A stretch of DNA of 61,819 nucleotides from Candidatus Limnocylindrales bacterium (lineage in GTDB: Bacteria > Chloroflexota > Limnocylindria > Limnocylindrales > CSP1-4), in contig JBBSAV010000004.1 of the NCBI GenBank assembly GCA_038251965.1, positions 1 to 61,819 on the forward strand, given 5' to 3'. The notes under the pieces were generated by a model. It ran no database searches. It worked only from the letters and a program-made list of their open reading frames with translations, and was not told the origin of the DNA. Each line of letters opens with the position of its first letter. Position 1 is the stretch's first letter. Positions 27,465 through 34,870 of this stretch are shown here, piece by piece. The translations under genes were made by a program, and so were the position numbers.

Positions 27465-27877
27465 GCGGGATGCTCGGCCACGCGGTCGGGGCGCAGGACG
27501 AAGCTGATGCGCTGCTGACGGCTGAAGACGTCATGGATCATGCGCTCGCCTTCGTCGGGGTCAGTGGCGTGATAGCGCCGCGCCATGGCCGCGATGTCCG
27601 CCTGGGCCGTCGCTTGGTCGGTCACGACCTCGACCCGTCCGCTCAGGCTGACCCAATCATAGCCAGCCTCGACCAGTAGGCTGCAGCGCGGGTCGCGCAC
27701 CAGATTGGTCGGCCAGATGCGCCCGACGGCCGAGTTGACCACGATGCTGTCATCGCGCACCTCATACCAGACGACTGCCTGGTGCGGAGAGCCATCGGCG
27801 GTCAGCGTGGCCAACGTTCCAAATGACTCCGGGCGCTCCAGCATCTCCCGCCCCCAACCCTCGATCTTCACTTTCAC
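27461..27877 (-). CDS. PPOX-class (pyridoxamine 5'-phosphate oxidase-like) probable F420-dependent enzyme
   Basis: GTLATLTADGSPHQAVVWYEVRDDSIVVNS. 4-nt overlap with cofD. Confidence 0.7.
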   Translation of the reverse strand: MKVKIEGWGREMLERPESFGTLATLTADGSPHQAVVWYEVRDDSIVVNSAVGRIWPTNLVRDPRCSLLVEAGYDWVSLSGRVEVVTDQATAQADIAAMARRYHATDPDEGERMIHDVFSRQQRISFVLRPDRVAEHPA

Positions 27878-27975
27878 CCGGTCGCTCCTCCCGTTTCATA
27901 CGCTAGGGCTCGATGATACGGGTCGTGGCGGGATAGACTCGTGGCCTATCGAGCAGCCACCGCCGAGCCGGGGGA

Positions 27976-28731
27976 GTGACGACCATGACCCAGATCCACC
28001 TACGTGCCGATATCGGCGACTACGCGCCGCTGGTGCTCCTGCCCGGCGATCCCAACCGCGCCACTCGCATCGCGGAGTTCTTCGACGGCGGCCTGGAGGC
28101 GAGCCGCCTCGTCAACGATCACCGCGGCATGCTCGGTTACACCGGCACCTACCAGGGCAAGCCGGTCAGCGTGCAGACCTCGGGCATGGGGACGCCGTCG
28201 ATCTCGATCATCATCGAGGAGCTGCTGAACCTCGGTGCCACTCGCCTCGTGCGGGTGGGCACGACCGGTGGCATCGGCCGCGGTGTGCGTGCCGCTGACC
28301 TCGTCATCGCCACCGCAGCGGCCCCCATGGATGGAGCTACCGCGACATACCTGCACGGCGACCCGTTCGCGCCGGTGGCCGATTTCGAGCTGACACGCGC
28401 CCTCGTGGATGCCGCTCGGGCCAAGGGCGTCGAGCCCCACATCGGGCAGGTGGCCACGGTCGACGTCTTCTACAACCCCGACGAGGACTACGTCACCAAG
28501 TGGCGCGCGCGCAACGTGCTCGGTTTCGAGATGGAAGCGGCGGCGCTGTTCTACCTGGCCGCGCGTGCGGCGGGTGCCGGATACGATGTGCGTGCCGCCT
28601 GCATCCTCACCGTCAGCGACACGCTTTCGGAGGAGGAGTCATCAGAGGAGACGTACCTGCCGCTCGACGCACTCGAGAAGGCGACCGACCGCATGATCGA
28701 GGTGGCCCTGGAGGCCGGCCTGTCGATCTGA
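27976..28731 (+). CDS. deoD: purine (or uridine) nucleoside phosphorylase, DeoD type
   Basis: VLLPGDPNRA..GYTGTYQGKPVSVQTSGMGTPSISI..RVGTTGG..FEMEAAALF. Confidence 0.75.
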   Translation: MTTMTQIHLRADIGDYAPLVLLPGDPNRATRIAEFFDGGLEASRLVNDHRGMLGYTGTYQGKPVSVQTSGMGTPSISIIIEELLNLGATRLVRVGTTGGIGRGVRAADLVIATAAAPMDGATATYLHGDPFAPVADFELTRALVDAARAKGVEPHIGQVATVDVFYNPDEDYVTKWRARNVLGFEMEAAALFYLAARAAGAGYDVRAACILTVSDTLSEEESSEETYLPLDALEKATDRMIEVALEAGLSI

Positions 28732-28732
28732 C

Positions 28733-29533
28733 ATGACGGCACACATCCCGGTGGGCCTCAACCCCACCGCCATCGGCGTCGAGGCATCGTGGTGGATCGA
28801 GGCCGCCAAGCGGGCTGAGGACGCCGGCTTCAGCACTGTCTGGATCTGGGATCACTTCATCAGCCGCGGTGATCTGACCGACCCGTTGCTGGAGTGTTGG
28901 ACGACGTTGACGGCGGCTGCCGTCTCCACGGGACACGTCCATGTGGGTTCCTTCGTGGCCAACGTGATGAACCGCCACCCCGCGCTGCTGGCCAACATCG
29001 TGGCTACGTTGGCCGACCTTGCGCCAGGGCGGGTGGAGCTGGGCATCGGCATCGGCGGCCATCCTGCCGAGCACCGTGCCTACGGCATGGATTTCCCGGC
29101 CGCCCCTGAACGAGCCGAGCGCCTCGACGAGGCCATCACCGTCCTGCGCTTGCTTTTTCGTGGTGGTCCTGTCGATTTCGAGGGCCGCTACTACCGACTC
29201 GAGGCCGCCCGGGCGTTCCCCGCGCCAAACCCGGCCCCACGCATCACGGTGGCGGGCATGAAGCCTGCCGGTGCTCGGCTGGCGGCGCGCCGGGGAGACG
29301 CCTGGACCTGTTTCGCATCCGAGTTCGATCGCCTGCTGCCGGTGTTCGAGGCGGAGCTCGCCCTGGCCGGCCGGGCCCGCGACGAGGTGGCCATCGTGGT
29401 CGGCATCGACCACGCGGATGTGCTCGAGGATATCGATGAGCTCACCGGCCGCTGGCGTGACAAGGGTGCCGCCGAGCTCGTCATCCACGACGTGGGCCCG
29501 GCACACCTCGACCGGGTCCTCGACCTTCTCTAA
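28733..29533 (+). CDS. LLM-class flavin/F420-dependent oxidoreductase
   Basis: AEDAGFSTVWIWDHF..ELGIGIGG. It starts 1 nt after the deoD stop. Confidence 0.7.
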   Translation: MTAHIPVGLNPTAIGVEASWWIEAAKRAEDAGFSTVWIWDHFISRGDLTDPLLECWTTLTAAAVSTGHVHVGSFVANVMNRHPALLANIVATLADLAPGRVELGIGIGGHPAEHRAYGMDFPAAPERAERLDEAITVLRLLFRGGPVDFEGRYYRLEAARAFPAPNPAPRITVAGMKPAGARLAARRGDAWTCFASEFDRLLPVFEAELALAGRARDEVAIVVGIDHADVLEDIDELTGRWRDKGAAELVIHDVGPAHLDRVLDLL

Positions 29534-29760
29534 GCGCGGATCCGGTCCGCTCCCCCTGTGTTTGACCACCACGCACATAAGTGACGGGTTCGCGGCGCAG
29601 TAGGTCAGGGAATTGCGTGCGAGTGCGAATCCATGCGCGATGTGCATGCGGTTTGCTTGCGGGGCAACGGAGGGACGAGGAGCACTGGTCGGACGTCACT
29701 TACGTGACTGCCACGCAAACGTCGGTGCCTTCGAGTGGGTGGCCGCGTGTCGGTGCCTTG

Positions 29761-29795
29761 GTGATGGTGGCCTCATATGGGCTGGCCACCATCAC
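29761..29795. promoter_or_regulatory. perfect 12-bp inverted repeat GTGATGGTGGCC / GGCCACCATCAC with an 11-nt loop
   Basis: Read directly. It lies 73 nt upstream of the 29868 ORF, in a locally lower-GC intergenic stretch. No U-tract follows. Confidence 0.35.
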
Positions 29796-29867
29796 TGACG
29801 CCCGACTGCTTCCCTTCTCGCACCCCGCTACTGACAGTTCGGCGCGCTGGCGGTACATTGGACCACG

Positions 29868-30389
29868 ATGACCCCACCAGCCAGCCCCAACGAAGCCCAC
29901 GTCGAACACGGCTTCCTCGCGCCCAAGCCGGAAGGTGTGCCCGTCGATCACTGCTTCCGCTGTGGCGTGGCGACCCCGGCCGGCATCGGCCTCTGCGATG
30001 AGCACAACCGCGGCCACCTCCGAGGGCCCAGTGCCACCCAGATGCACGCCACCATCTTCGGCGGCATCGTGGCCGGGGTGATCGGATTCCTCATCCTCGC
30101 CAACCTCGCGATCACGTCTGCCGGTCCATTCGATTCGGTCGTGAACACGACCAGCGCCGGGCCCGATGGCGCCATCATGCTGTCCCTCACGGTCACCAAC
30201 GAGGGTGAGTCCAAGGGCGTTGCCGACTGCCGCGTGACCCGCGACGGCGTGCCGCGCTCCGATGACTATGCCTTCCGCATGCAGCCGCTGGCTGGTGGGG
30301 AGACGGTCACCCTGGAGCGAGCATTCGCAGCGCCGCCGGTGGGCAGTGCCGGCTACGACATCGGAGCGGTCACCATCCTCTGCACGTAG
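29868..30389 (+). CDS. hypothetical membrane protein (N-terminal Cys-containing segment, one TM, extracytoplasmic beta-rich domain)
   Basis: 173 aa. CFRCGVATPAGIGLCDEHN, then TM IFGGIVAGVIGFLILANLAI. No family recognised. Confidence 0.5.
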   Translation: MTPPASPNEAHVEHGFLAPKPEGVPVDHCFRCGVATPAGIGLCDEHNRGHLRGPSATQMHATIFGGIVAGVIGFLILANLAITSAGPFDSVVNTTSAGPDGAIMLSLTVTNEGESKGVADCRVTRDGVPRSDDYAFRMQPLAGGETVTLERAFAAPPVGSAGYDIGAVTILCT

Positions 30390-30461
30390 CCGTGCCCGTG
30401 TCGTGTGGGCGCCCCAGCCGCTCGACTGACCCGACTCCGCTCGACCCGGTAGCATCAGGTC

Positions 30462-31256
30462 GTGCCTGATATCGACCTTCGCCACGAGTTGACCATCGCC
30501 TCCGAGGCAGCGCGCGCTGCCGGCGCCATCCAGATGCAGCTCTACGAGCGGCTCGAATCGATCGACTTCAAGAGTGAGAAGGACATCGTCACGGAGGCCG
30601 ACCACCGCAGCGAGGAGGCCATCCTCGCGATCATCGGCAGTGCCTTCCCCGACGACGGCTTCCTGGCCGAGGAATCAGGCGAATCGGGCGAGCGCGGCGC
30701 TGAGGCGGACAGACTCTGGGTCATCGACCCGCTCGATGGCACCGTCAACTACGCCAATGGCATCCCCTTCTTCGCGGTCAGCATCGGCCTGGTCATCGAG
30801 GGTGAGCCGGTGCTCGGGGTGGTGCTCGATCCGTCGCGTGACGAGCTCTTCAGCGCGGTCCGCGGCGGTGGGGCATTCCTCGACGGCCGACCCATCCACG
30901 CTGCCGACAAGGAGCGCATCGTGGACACGGTCGTGCACCTGGGCCTGCCGCGATCGGGGTTCGAGCAACAGACCAGGGAGTACCGCCGCAGCGTGCGCAT
31001 CGTGCGCGCTATGGGCAGCGCCACGCTGGGCATGACGTACCTGGCCAACGGCCGTTTCGACGCTTATGTGCAGTACCAGGGCCTCTCCACCTGGGATGTC
31101 TGCGCTGCCGGCGTCATCGCCCTCGAGGCCGGTGCGGTCGTGACTTCGCCACTCGGCGAACCCTGGTTCGACCTCGGCATGCCCTCCAAGTCCATCGGCA
31201 TCGTGGGCGCCTCAGCCCGGCACCACCAGGCATTCCTGAAGCTGCTGACCGACTGA
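30462..31256 (+). CDS. inositol monophosphatase family protein
   Basis: WVIDPLDGTVNYANGIPFFAVSIGL and a WDVCAG-type motif. GTG start. Confidence 0.85.
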   Translation: MPDIDLRHELTIASEAARAAGAIQMQLYERLESIDFKSEKDIVTEADHRSEEAILAIIGSAFPDDGFLAEESGESGERGAEADRLWVIDPLDGTVNYANGIPFFAVSIGLVIEGEPVLGVVLDPSRDELFSAVRGGGAFLDGRPIHAADKERIVDTVVHLGLPRSGFEQQTREYRRSVRIVRAMGSATLGMTYLANGRFDAYVQYQGLSTWDVCAAGVIALEAGAVVTSPLGEPWFDLGMPSKSIGIVGASARHHQAFLKLLTD

Positions 31257-31257
31257 G

Positions 31258-32815
31258 AGGCTGTGAAGATTTCCTCCGGTGGGGATCTTCCCAAGCGGCC
31301 TTCGATCGGGTACGATCGGGCCCATGGACGACACCCTCTTCGACCTACCGCCCGAACCCCGTGCCAGACCCACCACGCCACCGGCTGGCCGACCCCGTCT
31401 GCAGCGCCCCGATCGCGACCAGGTCGAGTTGCGACCCACCCACCTCGATGGCCTCCTGCCACCCGACCACCGGGCACGCCTGGTGTGGGACTTCGTGTCG
31501 GGCCTCGACCTCGATCCCCTGTATGCGCGCATCCGGGCGCTCGAGGGCGGCCCTGGTCGTCCGCCCATCGACCCCGCCATCCTCGTCTCGCTGTGGCTGT
31601 ACGCCACGCTCGAAGGCATCGGCTCGGCCCGCGCCCTGGCCCGCCTCTGCGAGGAGCACGACGCCTACCGCTGGCTGTGCGGTGGTGTGGGCGTCGACCA
31701 CCACACCCTCGCGGATGCCCGCCTCGACCATGGCGACATCCTCGATGGGCTGCTCACCGAGAGCGTCGCGGCGCTCATCGCCGACGGCCTCGTGACCATG
31801 GAGCGGGTGGCCCAGGACGGCGTGCGCGTGCGGGCCTCGGCGGGTGCCGCGAGCTTCCGTCGCCGCGAGACCCTCGAGACGGCGCTCGAGGACGCCGAGG
31901 CCCAGGTGGCGGCGCTCCGCGCCGAGCTCGACGATGACCCCGCGGCCACCAGCCGACGGGTCGCCGCCGCACGCGAGCGGGCCGCACGCGAGCGCTTCGA
32001 GCGGGTCCGCCGGGCGCTCGAGCGGCTGCCCGCCGCCGAGGCCGCCCGGCGCCGCAACGGCAAGCCGCCCGAGTCTGCCCGGGCCTCCACGACCGATCCC
32101 GAGGCGCGGGTCATGAAGATGGCCGACGGCGGCTTCCGACCCGCGCTCAACGCCCAGTTCGCGACCGACACCGCGAGCCAGGTCATCGTCGGCCTCGACG
32201 TCACCGACATCGGCTCCGACCACGGCCTCCTCGGACCGATGGTCGACCAGCTCGAGCGGCGCCACGGCCGGGTGCCTGGTGCGATGCTCGTCGATGGTGG
32301 CTTCGTCGACCTCAGCGACATCGAGGCGCTCCCGGCACGCGGCACGACCGTCTACGCACCCCCGACCCGACCCCGCGACCCGACCCGCGACCCTTTCCTG
32401 CCCCTGCCCGACGACCCGCCCGCGGTGGCCGCCTGGCGCGTGCGCATGGGCACGCCCGGGGCCAAGACCATCTACCGCGAGCGGGCCGCCACGGCCGAGT
32501 GCGTCAACGCCATCGCCCGCGACCGGGGCCTGCGCCTGCTGCCGGTGCGTGGCCTTGCCAAGGCGAGAGCGGTGCTGCTCTGGTTCGCGCTCGCCCACGA
32601 CCTCATGCGGACGGTCATCCTGCGGCGGATGGTCACCGGGACGGTGGCCACCGCCTGAGGTCCCCGGGCCAGTCCCGACGTCCCGTCACCCGGACCATCA
32701 CCCAGCCACCGCGACCGAGCCACCGACCCCGTGCGCGCTCCGGTCCGCCGGATCCACGTCCCATCCCTGCCCACAGCAAGCCATCACGTCGCAGGACGCG
32801 AATCCTTCACAGCCT
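31258..32815 (+). mobile_element. IS element (IS1182/IS5-like) with imperfect terminal inverted repeats and a 5-bp CTGAG flanking direct repeat
   Basis: The left end AGGCTGTGAAGATTTC (31258-) matches the reverse complement of the right end AGGCTGTGAAGGATTC (-32815). CTGAG occurs at 31253-31257 and 32816-32820. It encloses one transposase ORF. Confidence 0.75.
31324..32658 (+). CDS. DDE transposase, IS1182/IS5-like (InsH-type N-terminal domain)
   Basis: LLPPDHRARLVWDFV..GRPPIDPAILVSLWLYATLEGIGSARALARLCEEHDAYRWLCGG. It has a central coiled region. The C-terminal part reads MLVDGGF..YRERAATAECVNA. Confidence 0.75.
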   Translation: MDDTLFDLPPEPRARPTTPPAGRPRLQRPDRDQVELRPTHLDGLLPPDHRARLVWDFVSGLDLDPLYARIRALEGGPGRPPIDPAILVSLWLYATLEGIGSARALARLCEEHDAYRWLCGGVGVDHHTLADARLDHGDILDGLLTESVAALIADGLVTMERVAQDGVRVRASAGAASFRRRETLETALEDAEAQVAALRAELDDDPAATSRRVAAARERAARERFERVRRALERLPAAEAARRRNGKPPESARASTTDPEARVMKMADGGFRPALNAQFATDTASQVIVGLDVTDIGSDHGLLGPMVDQLERRHGRVPGAMLVDGGFVDLSDIEALPARGTTVYAPPTRPRDPTRDPFLPLPDDPPAVAAWRVRMGTPGAKTIYRERAATAECVNAIARDRGLRLLPVRGLAKARAVLLWFALAHDLMRTVILRRMVTGTVATA

Positions 32816-32874
32816 CTGAGGGCGCGCCGTTGAGCATGAAGCTCCGCTGCCGGCTCAGTGCGGCTGAGTGTGGC

Positions 32875-33753
32875 TCAGTGCTGTGCGGGTAGGCGCTCAA
32901 GCAGGCGAGGGGAGCGTAGGCGCGCGGCCATCGCCTCGAACGCCTCGCGGTCCACGCCACGCCAGCGCAGCTCATCGGGATCGGTCTGCGGGATGGGCGC
33001 ATCGGTGCGCAGGGTTGCCAACTCGCGGAACAACACGGCATCGTCGCGGTGCTCTTTCAGGGTCCGCGCCAGGCTGGTAGCGCCGCGAACCTTGAGGTCC
33101 CAGGCGCTGACCGAATCGGGGATGTCTTCGAGGTGCGGATAGCGCTGCAACACCGTGGCCGCCGATCGTGCGCCCCAGCCTGCCAGCCCCGGGAAGCCGT
33201 CGGCCGCGTCACCCACCAGTGCCAGGTAGTCGGGGATGGATTCGGGCGCCACGCCGAACTTCTCCTCGACCCCGGCGGCATCGTAGAAGCGCCCTTTGCG
33301 CCGATCGAAAGTGACCACGCGGCCATCGGGACGGACACACTGGGCCATGTCCTTGTCCGGTGAGAGGATGACCACGCGCTCCACGTCAGGGTGGCGGACG
33401 AACCGCGCCGCCGCGGTAGCCAACCCGTCGTCGGCTTCGAACGCGACCATCGGCCAGACCACCACGCCCAGCGCGCGCAGCGCCTCCTCAAGCAGGTCGA
33501 ACTGGCCCAGCAGCTCCGTTGGCGCACCCTCCTCCGTCTTGTAGCCGGGATAACGGTCGTTGCGCCAGGAGCGGATGACGTGGTCGGTGGCGCAGCCGAG
33601 ATGGGTGACGCCGTCCTCCCGCAGCAGCAACAGCACGGACTCGAGGACGCCCAGCGTGGCGCCGACCGGCTCTCCGTCGAGTCCGCGGCGGGGCGGACGC
33701 CCGAAGTGGGCTCGGAAGAGCTCGTACGTGCCGTCCAACAGGTGGATCTGCAT
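32875..33753 (-). CDS. 5'-3' exonuclease (Pol I N-terminal / FEN-like)
   Basis: MQIHLLDGTYELFRAHF..AFEADDGLATAA..PGLAGWGARSAA. I chose the internal ATG at 33753 over the ORF start at 33939. Confidence 0.8.
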   Translation of the reverse strand: MQIHLLDGTYELFRAHFGRPPRRGLDGEPVGATLGVLESVLLLLREDGVTHLGCATDHVIRSWRNDRYPGYKTEEGAPTELLGQFDLLEEALRALGVVVWPMVAFEADDGLATAAARFVRHPDVERVVILSPDKDMAQCVRPDGRVVTFDRRKGRFYDAAGVEEKFGVAPESIPDYLALVGDAADGFPGLAGWGARSAATVLQRYPHLEDIPDSVSAWDLKVRGATSLARTLKEHRDDAVLFRELATLRTDAPIPQTDPDELRWRGVDREAFEAMAARLRSPRLLERLPAQH

Positions 33754-33817
33754 GGTCGCTGGGTGCTGCTGGTCGACGGCTACGACGGGGCGACGGGTGC
33801 TGACCGACGGCGGACCG

Positions 33818-34783
33818 TCAGCCGCGCTTCTTCGTCGCGGTCGATCGTCGTGCAGCCGGTCGTCGCGCGGCTGGCGTTCGCGCGGCTGGCGTTCGCGCAG
33901 CCTCCGCATGTGCAGCCAGGCCGGCGGCATAGGCGGCACCGATGATGCCTGAGGTATTGAGGTACCTGGCCTTGACCAGGTCTGCGTTGGCCTTCAGATA
34001 CTTCCAGTATTTGGCCGAGCGTTTGCTGACGCCGCCGCCGAGGATGATGCGGTCGGGCCAGGTGAAGAACTCCAGCATGGCCAGGTACTCGTTGAACTCC
34101 GACGCCCACTCCTTCCACTTGAGGCCGCGCCGTTCGCGGGCCACGCCGCCGACGAGCGTCTCCGCCGCCTGGTCGTGCATGAGCAGATGCCCGAACTCGG
34201 TGTTGGGAACCAGTCGGCCCTCGCTGATGAGGGCGCTGCCGATGCCGGTACCGATGGTCAGCAGGATAGTGGTGCCGTCGTAGCCCTTGGCCTCACCGTA
34301 GGCGAGTTCGGCCATGCCCGCGGCGTCAGCGTCGTTGATGACGTGGACCGGCGTCCCCAGCTTCTCGCTGAGGGTAGTCGTGGCGTCGAAGTCTACCCAG
34401 CCCTTGTCCAGGTTGGCGGCCGTTTTCATGATTCCGTACTTGATGGCACCGGGCAGGCCGATGCCGATCGCGAGGTGCTCCACTGGCGCATGCTCGGCAA
34501 GGACGCGACCGACCACGGATGCGACGGTCTCGATGACCGCGGCGGGCTCCGATGGCTGGGGCGTGTCCTCACGGATGCGTGACGTCACCAGCTCCGCGGT
34601 GGCGAGGTCGACCATGGCGGCCTTGACGCCGGTGCCACCGACGTCGATCCCCAACGCCATGCCCGTGAGCGGGATGGCCTTGGCCGTCGCCGCGGCCGGG
34701 GCCGCGCTGGTCCGTGGCGTGCTGGTCCTGGGCGTGCTGGACTTGGCGGTGTCCGCCGGGATGGGGGCGTCGGTCTTGCTCAT
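33818..34783 (-). CDS. ppgK: polyphosphate glucokinase (ROK family)
   Basis: GIDVGGTGVKAAMVDL..VINDADAAGMAE..LTIGTGIGSALI. I chose the ATG at 34783. The rest of the 1001-aa ORF is antisense to aceE. Confidence 0.85.
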   Translation of the reverse strand: MSKTDAPIPADTAKSSTPRTSTPRTSAAPAAATAKAIPLTGMALGIDVGGTGVKAAMVDLATAELVTSRIREDTPQPSEPAAVIETVASVVGRVLAEHAPVEHLAIGIGLPGAIKYGIMKTAANLDKGWVDFDATTTLSEKLGTPVHVINDADAAGMAELAYGEAKGYDGTTILLTIGTGIGSALISEGRLVPNTEFGHLLMHDQAAETLVGGVARERRGLKWKEWASEFNEYLAMLEFFTWPDRIILGGGVSKRSAKYWKYLKANADLVKARYLNTSGIIGAAYAAGLAAHAEAARTPAARTPAARRPAARRSTATKKRG

Positions 34784-34870
34784 GTCGGGGCAGGATACGC
34801 CGGTCCTGCTCTCGCCTGTCCGCCGTCGCCGAAACGCAGCCGGCTCGATATCGCCTACGATGCGGTCGAT

